This document shows positions 1 to 7,866 of a stretch of DNA of 64,000 bases, in pieces. The DNA is taken from the IMG/VR virus record IMGVR_UViG_3300032138_000002, positions 1-64,000 of that record; one strand, 5' to 3'. The translations under genes were made by a program, and so were the position numbers. The stretch is from a virus (lineage: Duplodnaviria; Caudoviricetes). Each line of letters opens with the position of its first letter. Within the stretch, counting starts at the first letter, position 1. The notes under the pieces were generated by a model. It saw only the letters and a list, made by a program, of their open reading frames with translations. It was not told the DNA's origin and did no database searches.

Positions 1-13
1 ACTGTTTGTCAAG

Positions 14-109
14 TTATTTCTTTCTTTCGTGAGCCCTTACTTCCAAGTAAACAACAGTCGCCAAAGATGCCGCCCATATCAACCCAAAGATTATAATTTC
101 GCCGTTCAT
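14..109 (-). CDS. Small single-pass membrane protein (31 aa, MNGEIIIFGLIWAASLATVVYLEVRAHERKK)
   Basis: Read by hand (below ORF-track cutoff). ATG 109, TAA 14-16, purine-rich SD-like AGGGGG upstream, hydrophobic stretch followed by basic tail. Confidence 0.5.
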   Translation of the reverse strand: MNGEIIIFGLIWAASLATVVYLEVRAHERKK

Positions 110-141
110 ACTTTGTCCCCCTATAGGTCATATAAAGGTAA

Positions 142-321
142 TTAGACGTCTTTAAATATCCTTCCCTCTTCAATGAGAAAGAAAGCCATCCGTTGATAGT
201 GCCCTTGAAGTTCCCAGACGGTACCTGTAGTCAGTAATTCCTGAAAGAAATCAACGACTTCAGCATCGCTCATTGTTCCATCTTCGTAAGCTATGATTTT
301 TGTTGTTAGTCCTGATAGCAT
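142..321 (-). CDS. Hypothetical phage protein (~59 aa)
   Basis: ORF track 142..393. ATG at 321 directly follows the clpX stop and is the more likely start. Confidence 0.6.
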   Translation of the reverse strand: MLSGLTTKIIAYEDGTMSDAEVVDFFQELLTTGTVWELQGHYQRMAFFLIEEGRIFKDV

Positions 322-323
322 GC

Positions 324-1577
324 TTACTCGGACGTTTGTGTCAGGGGTTCCGGGCCATATATAACCAAAGGGGGCGTTTGTTTGGTTACACAATCCCCAC
401 TGACCACTACTTCGCTCGCGCTCTCTGAGGACGGAATCTCGTACATGGTTTGCAGCATGATCTTTTCGATGATAGAACGTAATCCGCGTGCTCCAGTTTT
501 CCGAGCTATAGCTAGGCCAGCGATGGCTTCTAGCGCGTCTTTCGTGAATTTTAGTTCTACCCCTTCGTAGTCAAACAAGTGCTCATACTGTCGGATGATA
601 GCGTCCTTGGGCTCTGTAAGAATACTTAGGAGAGCTTCGGTGGAAAGGTTGTCCAAAGCTGCGATCACCGGAACACGACCAATAAACTCTGGGATTAACC
701 CGTAGGATACTAAATCGTTAGGTTCCGTCTCAGACAGGATGGTATCACTGTCAAACGTTTGTTTATCATCCTCTGAGCGGAAGCCCATAGGGCGCGTAGT
801 CATGCGCTTTTCGATGATTCGCTCTATTCCAGAAAACGCACCTCCACAAATAAACAAAATGTTGCTGGTGTCAATTTTAATACCTTCTTGGCTCGGATGT
901 TTGCGGCCGCCTTTAGGAGGGACGTTGGAAACGGTGCCTTCGATGAGCTTCAAGAGCGCCTGTTGGACGCCTTCGCCCGATACATCGCGAGTGGTAGAAA
1001 CGTTCTCAGACTTCTTGGCGATTTTATCTATCTCATCAATATATATAATCCCTCTTTCGGCGATATCGACGTCATCATCGGCGGCCTGAATCAGGGAGAG
1101 TAAAATGTTTTCTACATCCTCGCCCACATAGCCGGCTTCAGTCAAGCTCGTGGCATCGGCAATTGCAAAGGGGACTTGCAAGATCTTGGCGAGGGTGCGA
1201 GCCAGCAGCGTCTTTCCTGTGCCGGTCGGCCCTAACAACAGAATATTAGACTTCGTAAGTTCGGGGTCTTCTGAGTTTCTTTTTCGGGTTGCTGAAAGTT
1301 CCAGTCGTTTGTAATGATTATAAACGGCTACCGCTAAGACCTTCTTGGCTTCTTCTTGTCCTATAACATACTCGTCCAGCTTTTCTTTAATTTCTTTGGG
1401 TTTGGGGAGTGCCCCTAAGTCGCCAAAAGCATCCGGGGCTTCTTCCTCAATAATATCATAACATAGGAGGATGCATTCATCGCAAATATAAATGCCGTTG
1501 CCTGCAATTAACTTTCTTACTTCATTTTGTGCTTTTTCACAGAAAGAGCAAGTTAATAGCTTTCGTGTTTCTGTCAT
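324..1577 (-). CDS. clpX: ATP-dependent Clp protease ATPase subunit ClpX
   Basis: N-terminal C4 zinc domain (CSFC..ICDEC), Walker A GPTGTGKT, Walker [17 protein letters not shown] pore loop, RKH loop, MGF variant of IGF loop, GARGLR sensor. Confidence 0.97.
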   Translation of the reverse strand: MTETRKLLTCSFCEKAQNEVRKLIAGNGIYICDECILLCYDIIEEEAPDAFGDLGALPKPKEIKEKLDEYVIGQEEAKKVLAVAVYNHYKRLELSATRKRNSEDPELTKSNILLLGPTGTGKTLLARTLAKILQVPFAIADATSLTEAGYVGEDVENILLSLIQAADDDVDIAERGIIYIDEIDKIAKKSENVSTTRDVSGEGVQQALLKLIEGTVSNVPPKGGRKHPSQEGIKIDTSNILFICGGAFSGIERIIEKRMTTRPMGFRSEDDKQTFDSDTILSETEPNDLVSYGLIPEFIGRVPVIAALDNLSTEALLSILTEPKDAIIRQYEHLFDYEGVELKFTKDALEAIAGLAIARKTGARGLRSIIEKIMLQTMYEIPSSESASEVVVSGDCVTKQTPPLVIYGPEPLTQTSE

Positions 1578-1603
1578 TTGTTTCCCTTCTAAAAAATATA
1601 AAA

Positions 1604-1634
1604 GGGCAGTTTAGAATTGACATACCCAGGTCAA
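1604..1634 (-). promoter_or_regulatory. Predicted H-type RNA pseudoknot in clpX leader
   Basis: mRNA sense UUGAC-CU-GGGUA-U-GUCAA-UUCUAAAC-UGCCC: UUGAC pairs with GUCAA and GGGUA pairs with UGCCC. Confidence 0.5.
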
Positions 1635-1647
1635 GAGAGAGAACCAA

Positions 1648-1848
1648 TTAGTCTTGCGTAGTATAAACGGTTTGAAGTCTCGGGGTCAATATTTCTCTCA
1701 TATATTGTTCCCGATATCGGGCCAATTCCTCATCGGAGGCGCTTTCAAGCTCGCGAGCTTGAGCTTCGCCTGCGCAGGGGATTGCCTCGCCATCAGTAAG
1801 TTCGATAAACCATTTACCCTCGATCATGTCGTAAACTGAAACTGCCAT
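1648..1848 (-). CDS. Hypothetical protein (66 aa)
   Basis: ORF track; strong SD AGGAGG upstream. Confidence 0.7.
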   Translation of the reverse strand: MAVSVYDMIEGKWFIELTDGEAIPCAGEAQARELESASDEELARYREQYMREILTPRLQTVYTTQD

Positions 1849-1869
1849 GAGAAAACCTCCTATAAGTAA

Positions 1870-2007
1870 CTATGGCCTGGGACGGTATTTAGACACAAAA
1901 TAAAGAGTAAGAAGACACCCCAGTGCGCTGCCCAGCAGCAGTCCCCCGGCGGCCGTCGTTAACCACGCTTTCTCCATGTGTGTTAGTGATGCAAATATTA
2001 AACTCAT
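1870..2007 (-). CDS. Small membrane protein (45 aa), probably leaderless
   Basis: Read by hand: MSLIFASLTHMEKAWLTTAAGGLLLGSALGCLLTLYFVSKYRPRP. ATG lies 7 nt downstream of the -10 box at 2014-2019. Confidence 0.6.
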   Translation of the reverse strand: MSLIFASLTHMEKAWLTTAAGGLLLGSALGCLLTLYFVSKYRPRP

Positions 2008-2013
2008 ACTCCC

Positions 2014-2042
2014 ACTATATCAAATATAAAACGTTTTGTCAA
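2014..2042 (-). promoter_or_regulatory. Sigma70-type promoter
   Basis: TTGACA (2042-2037), 17 bp spacer, TGn-TATAGT (2019-2014). Confidence 0.85.
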
Positions 2043-2296
2043 GTCTTCTTACTAACAATTTCTAAAGTAACCCCAGGAGAGGTATAAATGGCGGTCTGGT
2101 GATACCGCGGATTCAGCCATTTGACCTCTACATATTCAGTGAGTTCCACACCGTCTCCATACACCCAACTTTCTCGCGTTCCGGTCTTTACCACAATACC
2201 CACCAAATTTCGCAAATCCGATGGCGGGGCCGCGGGAAATGAACCGAATTTAAATTTAACCATATCGCCCAATTCAAATTTGTGGTGGTTTTTCAT
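2039..2296 (-). CDS. Small SH3/KOW-like beta-barrel protein (GD[LM]V family)
   Basis: FELGDMVKF..LVGIVVK..VEVKW..LEIVS pattern shared with neighbours. Confidence 0.65.
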   Translation of the reverse strand: MKNHHKFELGDMVKFKFGSFPAAPPSDLRNLVGIVVKTGTRESWVYGDGVELTEYVEVKWLNPRYHQTAIYTSPGVTLEIVSKKT

Positions 2297-2468
2297 ATGC
2301 CCCCACTCTCTTTAAAAGGGTTTCGTCTATTAGTTGGACGTGCCGCCGATCAAGCCACAAGACTGTACATAGTTCGCGATGCTTAGGGTGGATATCGACG
2401 ATTAGACCCAGTGGGCGGTCCCGACTAAATATCTCCCAGCCATAATATACCAAATCACCAACCTTCAC
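2274..2468 (-). CDS. Small SH3/KOW-like protein (MKVGDLV family)
   Basis: MKVGDLVYY..LGLIVDI..CTVLW..LKRV. Confidence 0.7.
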   Translation of the reverse strand: MKVGDLVYYGWEIFSRDRPLGLIVDIHPKHRELCTVLWLDRRHVQLIDETLLKRVGAYEKPPQI

Positions 2469-2697
2469 TTACAACCTCCAAATCGTGCACGTACTCAATG
2501 TAGTGCCCAGAGGCTTCAAACCAGAAAACCTTGCAGACCTCAATAATGGGGGGTACTTTTTCCTGGCGGTGTTCAAACATACTCCGGGCCACTTGATAGA
2601 GAGATGTTTTTTTATCCACACTAAAAGCGGCGGCGACCACGATACCTATAAAATTATACTCTGCTTCACGATATGTCACTAAATCTCCGACCTGCAC
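2455..2697 (-). CDS. Small SH3/KOW-like protein (MQVGDLV family)
   Basis: MQVGDLVTY..IGIVVA..CKVFWF..DLEVVS. Confidence 0.7.
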   Translation of the reverse strand: MQVGDLVTYREAEYNFIGIVVAAAFSVDKKTSLYQVARSMFEHRQEKVPPIIEVCKVFWFEASGHYIEYVHDLEVVSEGW

Positions 2698-2890
2698 TTA
2701 CCAACTCTAGCTCCTCCATAAGAGAACCGCTATAACAATCCCCCCCTATCCAATAGGTGGTGACGATAGCCTTCTCTGTATGAGTAAGTATATAAATGCG
2801 TGTAATAATTCCTAATTTCCTTTGCGCGCGAAGGAACAAGTTAAGCTGGCCGGTGGGCCCTAGGAAAGTGACGAGATCTCCGACCCTCAT
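2666..2890 (-). CDS. Small SH3/KOW-like protein (MRVGDLV family)
   Basis: ORF track 2666..2989. Start set at ATG 2890 (MRVGDLVTF) by similarity to paralogs and to avoid overlap with the upstream gene. Confidence 0.65.
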   Translation of the reverse strand: MRVGDLVTFLGPTGQLNLFLRAQRKLGIITRIYILTHTEKAIVTTYWIGGDCYSGSLMEELELVSAGRRFSDIS

Positions 2891-2900
2891 GTATTGTCCA

Positions 2901-3161
2901 TCATTGTCCATCGGGGTAATAAGATCCTCGAATACACCCCAGGCTTTGATCGCGCTCGCAGTCAAGGAGATGTTCTGTAAGGAGGTCAACAGAGCGACGG
3001 AGATATGAATTCTCCCTCTCTAACGCTCCAACATGGGAGATGAGATCGCGGCTCTTGCCCGAGACTTCCCCCAGGCACGAATCCAGCGCTCCCTTATATT
3101 GGAATGCGCCCAGGATATAGCCGGCTCCGAAAAGGGAAAGGAAGACGATGGTGTTCTTCAT
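2901..3161 (-). CDS. Membrane-anchored coiled-coil hypothetical protein
   Basis: N-terminal hydrophobic segment, heptad-like C-terminal part; ATGA overlap with tdk stop. Confidence 0.65.
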   Translation of the reverse strand: MKNTIVFLSLFGAGYILGAFQYKGALDSCLGEVSGKSRDLISHVGALERENSYLRRSVDLLTEHLLDCERDQSLGCIRGSYYPDGQ

Positions 3162-3694
3162 CGATCCTTCCAGTGTTGGCGACAGGCAGCGCGATAATGG
3201 TCGTGTTCCCCCAAAAGAAGCTGTCCTTCAACTTCAGAAATTCGCAGTGAGTGAGTGGCGTCATCCCCGCACTCTTCACACACCGCAGCTAACTTAGTCA
3301 CACTTTCGGCCATGGCCATAATATTTCCCATTGGACCAAATGGAACACCATCCGAATCCATATCAAGGCCGGCGACAATGACGCGTAGTCCACGATTCGC
3401 GAGTGCAAGAACCGTGTCCATAAGCTGGGAACTAAAAAACTGTGCCTCGTCAAGAGCCACAATCTCTGTATCAACAGCTATAAGATCTAATACGGTTCGC
3501 GCGTATTTAACAGGGGTGCACTTCATCTTCTGGCCGGCGTGAGAAACAACTTCGTCTTCGGAATAGCGCACGTCTACCGCTGGTTTAAAAAGTTGGAACT
3601 TGCGCTTGGCGATGGTGGCACGATTTAATCGACGCATTAGCTCCTCGGATTTACCCGAAAACATCGGCCCACAAATTACTTCTATTCTGCTCAT
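3158..3694 (-). CDS. tdk: Thymidine kinase (type II)
   Basis: GPMFSGKSEEL P-loop, DEAQFF, VAGLDMD, CEEC..CRQH zinc lasso. Confidence 0.96.
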   Translation of the reverse strand: MSRIEVICGPMFSGKSEELMRRLNRATIAKRKFQLFKPAVDVRYSEDEVVSHAGQKMKCTPVKYARTVLDLIAVDTEIVALDEAQFFSSQLMDTVLALANRGLRVIVAGLDMDSDGVPFGPMGNIMAMAESVTKLAAVCEECGDDATHSLRISEVEGQLLLGEHDHYRAACRQHWKDR

Positions 3695-3695
3695 C

Positions 3696-4412
3696 TTATT
3701 TATTTTTTCTCCGTATTAATTTTTTAAGTCTTCTTTCTTCAACAATTAATGGCGCGGTGGCGCCCATAAGTAAAATTGAATATTTTTTGGCGCCTTTGGC
3801 TGCGCGGGTGACAGGGAGTACATCGGTGTCTAATACAATCCCCCCATTAAAGGCATCCCCCGTAACGACGTTCAGAGGCCTCTCATTCTGCCTAAACTGC
3901 ACCAGGGTACCCAGTGGGTACTTAGGGGGGGCATTCGTGGCTTCTAGGACCCTCTGAGCGTATTTGTTGGCACACATGGCGCGCCACTGCTTCTCCGAAG
4001 GGATAAAGTCGGGCTCTGATAACACGCGTTGAGCTAACTCTGTGAAATATGGCGCGCCTTCCCCAAGAGTTGCGGTATAATAGTGAGCGCAAATTATGGC
4101 GGTGTCGCGGTGTGCCGACCCGTAAGAAATATCCCAGGTAGATCGGGCTTGGATAGCTTTCGGCGAATATTCTTGTGCTATTTTTTCCCAGTGCTGCGCT
4201 TGTGGTGACGTGAGGTATCCATAGGCATCGTAAAAGGACTTCAGACTTTCGACGAAGGTGCGCTGGTATGGCTTCAGTTCTCCCAAGCTCAACACGGCCT
4301 CGAAATCAAAGCGGTTATTTTCTTCGTTTGCCTTGTCCACGAGACTTTTTCCCTCGTTTGTTATGATTTTTTCCAAATTTGTGCTTGCTCCAGTAGGAAT
4401 GTTTACCTGCAC
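3696..4412 (-). CDS. Hypothetical protein with C-terminal SH3-like domain (start uncertain)
   Basis: 238 aa ORF; C-terminal KYPLGTLVQF..GIVL resembles the GDLV family; 5' end overlaps a basic peptide ORF. Confidence 0.75.
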   Translation of the reverse strand: MQVNIPTGASTNLEKIITNEGKSLVDKANEENNRFDFEAVLSLGELKPYQRTFVESLKSFYDAYGYLTSPQAQHWEKIAQEYSPKAIQARSTWDISYGSAHRDTAIICAHYYTATLGEGAPYFTELAQRVLSEPDFIPSEKQWRAMCANKYAQRVLEATNAPPKYPLGTLVQFRQNERPLNVVTGDAFNGGIVLDTDVLPVTRAAKGAKKYSILLMGATAPLIVEERRLKKLIRRKNK

Positions 4413-4449
4413 CCTGCCTACTTTTTTTAGGTTTTTTTCTCAGTGACAT
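4315..4449 (-). CDS. Small highly basic protein (44 aa)
   Basis: MSLRKKPKKSRQGAGKHSYWSKHKFGKNHNKRGKKSRGQGKRRK; internal repeat KKSRQG/KKSRGQG; overlaps both neighbours. Confidence 0.5.
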   Translation of the reverse strand: MSLRKKPKKSRQGAGKHSYWSKHKFGKNHNKRGKKSRGQGKRRK

Positions 4450-4669
4450 CTTTCTTTTTTTCCTTGATTGGCTCCAGTTTAATCTTGTCCACAATGATGC
4501 GACGATTGTCCTCAAATATATATATATCATACCACAACTCAATTGAGTTGTCAAGACCCTCATATTCTCCTAGGATAAGTGCCGGCTTGCGAACTAGGTC
4601 GAGATCTACGCCCGCATGTGGGTAGTGACCTTTCCACCAACAAAACCAAACTAATTCACCCGTATTCAT
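4427..4669 (-). CDS. Small SH3/KOW-like protein
   Basis: MNTGELVWF..ALILG..YDIY..KLEPI pattern. Confidence 0.6.
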   Translation of the reverse strand: MNTGELVWFCWWKGHYPHAGVDLDLVRKPALILGEYEGLDNSIELWYDIYIFEDNRRIIVDKIKLEPIKEKKKDVTEKKT

Positions 4670-4777
4670 ATCCTAAATATCACATCGCGGATATAATTTC
4701 GCGCTCGACCTCCTTTATCTACAGGGCGCTCAGAAAATATACGATAATCCACCCCGCTAATAAACACTCCGGCTTAA

Positions 4778-5059
4778 TCATCCTCGAATTGATCGTTTGA
4801 CAACGCAGGGTTCCCCCTCTAAAATTAATTGGGTAGCGCGGGCTTTGGCTTCTTTTGCCGTGCTGAATTTCTCCGGGGACAGTTCGAGTGGCTCGGGATG
4901 GTTACTCCCCCAGGTCCACAGTCGGTAACGCCACTTCCCCCTTTCCTTCACCACCTCGGCATGAGCCTCGACTTCTTTCCAAATATACCAAGCGTAGAGG
5001 ATGTAATGTCCACCACTCTGCCGGCGCCATTTCATTGTATCGTGTGTAGTCCAACTCAT
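4778..5059 (-). CDS. Hypothetical Trp-rich protein, probably leaderless
   Basis: ORF track; ATG 7 nt downstream of -10 box at 5066-5071. Confidence 0.7.
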   Translation of the reverse strand: MSWTTHDTMKWRRQSGGHYILYAWYIWKEVEAHAEVVKERGKWRYRLWTWGSNHPEPLELSPEKFSTAKEAKARATQLILEGEPCVVKRSIRG

Positions 5060-5065
5060 ATATCA

Positions 5066-5094
5066 ACTGTAACAAAAAATACTCACTTTGTCAA
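5066..5094 (-). promoter_or_regulatory. Sigma70-type promoter
   Basis: TTGACA (5094-5089), 17 bp spacer, TGn-TACAGT (5071-5066). Confidence 0.8.
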
Positions 5095-5097
5095 GAT

Positions 5098-5388
5098 CTA
5101 TTTTATTATCTTGAAGGGATTCTTTTTATCTTTTTGGTTCTTTTTGGCGCCTTTGGCCTTTAAAGCCTTGGTTTCCTCGTGGTCTATCCAATCCAAAAAA
5201 TCTGATACATATCTTTCTTGTTTCATGCAGTAGCGCATAAAGTTGAGTTGCATATAAACATCAAAATGTTCCTCAAAGGAGCCCGACGGGTAAACAAAGA
5301 TCGGGGTCGCTAGCGCTCGCAACAAAATGGCACCTTCGCTGTTTGTCATGACTATTTTGCGCTCGTCGTCTTTGGTGTCATCACTCAT
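5098..5388 (-). CDS. Hypothetical protein
   Basis: ORF track 5098..5403; ATG at 5388 (MSDDTK) overlaps the upstream stop. Confidence 0.65.
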   Translation of the reverse strand: MSDDTKDDERKIVMTNSEGAILLRALATPIFVYPSGSFEEHFDVYMQLNFMRYCMKQERYVSDFLDWIDHEETKALKAKGAKKNQKDKKNPFKIIK

Positions 5389-5620
5389 CTTTTTTTGATA
5401 CAATCCTTAATTTTCCGATCTGTTCTAATATCCCAGCGGCTATCCACTCTTCTTCCCCGCGGGCGGTCGGGAGGATATTCACCACATACCAGTGAACCTG
5501 AATATAAAAATCGTCCTTTACATCGGTTATAAACCCCAAGCTCGGGGACACCACATTCAGTACGGCGGGTCCCGGGATATACTCCACCACGTCCCCTACC
5601 GAATATCGCGAACTTTCCAT
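5381..5620 (-). CDS. Small SH3/KOW-like protein
   Basis: YSVGDVVEY..LGFITDV..IQVHWY..LRIVS. Confidence 0.65.
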   Translation of the reverse strand: MESSRYSVGDVVEYIPGPAVLNVVSPSLGFITDVKDDFYIQVHWYVVNILPTARGEEEWIAAGILEQIGKLRIVSKKDE

Positions 5621-5643
5621 TCATTGCAGCCTCGTTCTTGTTA

Positions 5644-6267
5644 CTAATTAGGCTTCTCTTGCTTATAATACGCACACCGATTTAAATTCACCAGATCGCG
5701 GAGAGCCTGCTCATAAAGATCTGGTCGGCTGCGTGCCTTGTATTCTTTAACCAGTTTATACAAAAGCGCCATCGTGGTGTGGGCATTGATAAAATATTCG
5801 AACATGGTAAGTGTGCTGCGAAGAGATGCCTCCAGTAGCGACCGGGCCTCGTAACGAAATGCAACGGCAGATCTTTCGTCGACTTGCACAATGATGGTGG
5901 CCATAGCCGGCGCACTTGTACGGAGGTAGGGATAGGGGGCGCGCATGGTATCAACCTTAAATTCGCGGAGGTGTAAGATATCTAAAAAAGAATACTCGCC
6001 GGCGAAGTGGCGGTGGAGACAACCGAACAGTGCATCAACGGGGCCGAGCCCGCACCCAGAGAGGGGTACGATGCGCTGGTAGCCCTCTGCGCCTAGGCAC
6101 AAGGTGCCGTTAAGCCACGTGGTTTGAGTGGAGAAGTCCTCCCTCAACGTAACCTCCCGACAGAAAGAAACCGCGGTATAAGTTTTCTCACACAGATATT
6201 TTTTAATAACCGAAGCAGTCTCTTGGCGTATAATATCTTCCGGAAGTTGTGTGAGGGTGGGGACCAT
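5644..6267 (-). CDS. Stand-alone LeuA (2-isopropylmalate synthase) allosteric-domain-like protein
   Basis: GCGLGPVDALF..LHLREFKVD..APAMATI..SLLEASL matches the GxGPVDA..L.DY.V..A.A.V..DI.EAS pattern of the LeuA regulatory domain; no catalytic TIM barrel. Confidence 0.6.
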   Translation of the reverse strand: MVPTLTQLPEDIIRQETASVIKKYLCEKTYTAVSFCREVTLREDFSTQTTWLNGTLCLGAEGYQRIVPLSGCGLGPVDALFGCLHRHFAGEYSFLDILHLREFKVDTMRAPYPYLRTSAPAMATIIVQVDERSAVAFRYEARSLLEASLRSTLTMFEYFINAHTTMALLYKLVKEYKARSRPDLYEQALRDLVNLNRCAYYKQEKPN

Positions 6268-6269
6268 TT

Positions 6270-7013
6270 TTAATAATTACTATGCTGTGAATCGCTGTCA
6301 AACTCTTTATATATATCGTAAGTATTGGCTGCGGTGTCCATGATAATTAGATCCTGGCGGTTCGCGACGCGGGTTCCGCTATTTAAAAATAGAGTTTCTC
6401 CGTACTCTACCTTCATAGGATGGTGCGAGTGGCCCGTCACCACAATATTGCAACCAGCGGCTTTGCCAAGCTGCGCAGCCTTTTCCTCAAACTTTCCGGC
6501 TAGCCACTCTCGGCGGAGCGCTTTTTGTTTACTCATTTCATTCATGGAGCGTGTCCAATCAAGACCCATGCGAGCGAACCAACCTCCAGTCCACACTCCA
6601 AAGGGTTCAAAGTTTCTAGTCCAAAAATCAGCAACCTCGGGGTCTAGCTGGTGACCATGAAAGAAACATATGTCTTGACCATGGTCGCTGACAATTAGAT
6701 TTTCTTTAGCATTTAACAAGTCTACGGTTACTAAATCGTGGTTCCCTTGAATGAGTTCATACTTGTCGTTGTCCAATATTTTACTGGTGAATTCGGGATA
6801 TGCCTGGAGAATGCTTACCAAAGTTTTGTGAGTGTTCATGGTACGGCCTCGCAGGGTTTCGAAAATATCACCCAGGAGGATGATCTTGTCGACATGACCT
6901 TCTAAATAATTCAATAAATGATATAACTTTTGTTCTGCACCCACATGTCTGTGAAATTGATCGATTTTATCTTTCTCACCTAAATGTAGATCACTTAAAA
7001 CAGCGATCTGCAT
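6270..7013 (-). CDS. Calcineurin-like metallophosphoesterase (LpxH-like)
   Basis: DLHLG, GDIFE, GNHD, HGH and GHSH metal-binding motifs. Confidence 0.88.
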   Translation of the reverse strand: MQIAVLSDLHLGEKDKIDQFHRHVGAEQKLYHLLNYLEGHVDKIILLGDIFETLRGRTMNTHKTLVSILQAYPEFTSKILDNDKYELIQGNHDLVTVDLLNAKENLIVSDHGQDICFFHGHQLDPEVADFWTRNFEPFGVWTGGWFARMGLDWTRSMNEMSKQKALRREWLAGKFEEKAAQLGKAAGCNIVVTGHSHHPMKVEYGETLFLNSGTRVANRQDLIIMDTAANTYDIYKEFDSDSQHSNY

Positions 7014-7081
7014 CTTCCTGCTTCCTCCCGTAAGGTAAATTTTTTAAGTTTAAGTGCGTAGTTTTTTACGCACCTATTCTA

Positions 7082-7110
7082 ACTATACGAGAAAACAACA
7101 AAAATGTCAA
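7082..7110 (-). promoter_or_regulatory. Sigma70-type promoter followed by 5' hairpin (7054-7073)
   Basis: TTGACA (7110-7105), 17 bp spacer, TATAGT (7087-7082); 7-bp stem GTGCGTA/TACGCAC just after the predicted start site. Confidence 0.8.
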
Positions 7111-7116
7111 GTTTTT

Positions 7117-7860
7117 TTATTTTTTTATTGACAGTTCTTTATCATAGGAGTCATTGATGATCTTAATTAATGTTTCAATGTCTCCGGAGCGGCGTAAAAG
7201 TTTAAAGGCAAGGTTCTCAACGGAATAAACGCCACGTTTCTGAAGGCCGGCCAGGCGCATCTTTTTTAGCTTGTCCTTGATGCGCGTTGCGTAGGTGCGA
7301 GCTTCTTCAAAATCCTCGCGGCGCATCATGCGTTCGGCGTCCTCTATTTGGCGGACGACGCTTTCAGCCTTCTTTACAGCATTTTCTTTATCCACCTTTA
7401 CGTTGGCAATAGGGGGTTTTGTCACCCACCGATCGTGTTTGACAGAATAAATGCCGGGAGATTCGTGAGGGTCGCCTCGATTTTCAAAGTATAATTCCAC
7501 TTCATAGTCGCCCAAATAAATTTGATGGTTACGGTTCCACACTGATTTTCGGGCATTTAAAAAATCGCGAACTAGATCTACGTTAGGGTCAACTTGGGAA
7601 AAATCAAAGATGATATGCAGATCAAAGTCGGAATACTTAGACCAATTATAAGCGGCCAATGAGCCCGTCAACACGATGTCGTGAATGTTAAATTTGTCTA
7701 ACCCTAGTTTTTTAATAAAGTCCTGAGCAATTTGTTCTAGGCGCTCGGCTAGTTCAGGTTTAAGACGATCGTCGTCGTCCCACACATTGCGGTCCAGGTC
7801 GCTCTGCACGTCTAAAGAATCGGCGTCTAGCGTTTCAAATATTTTAGGAAATACAAACAT
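7117..7860 (-). CDS. DNA polymerase beta-superfamily nucleotidyltransferase
   Basis: hG-S..D-x-D motif (LTGSLAAYNWSKYSDFDLHI), third acidic residue in EVELY, helical C-terminal domain. Confidence 0.8.
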   Translation of the reverse strand: MFVFPKIFETLDADSLDVQSDLDRNVWDDDDRLKPELAERLEQIAQDFIKKLGLDKFNIHDIVLTGSLAAYNWSKYSDFDLHIIFDFSQVDPNVDLVRDFLNARKSVWNRNHQIYLGDYEVELYFENRGDPHESPGIYSVKHDRWVTKPPIANVKVDKENAVKKAESVVRQIEDAERMMRREDFEEARTYATRIKDKLKKMRLAGLQKRGVYSVENLAFKLLRRSGDIETLIKIINDSYDKELSIKK

Positions 7861-7866
7861 CTTATT

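Noticed and set aside
4719-4781. 20-codon ORF between 4669 and 4778
   Set aside because: Too short with no motif; only an ATGA overlap supports it.
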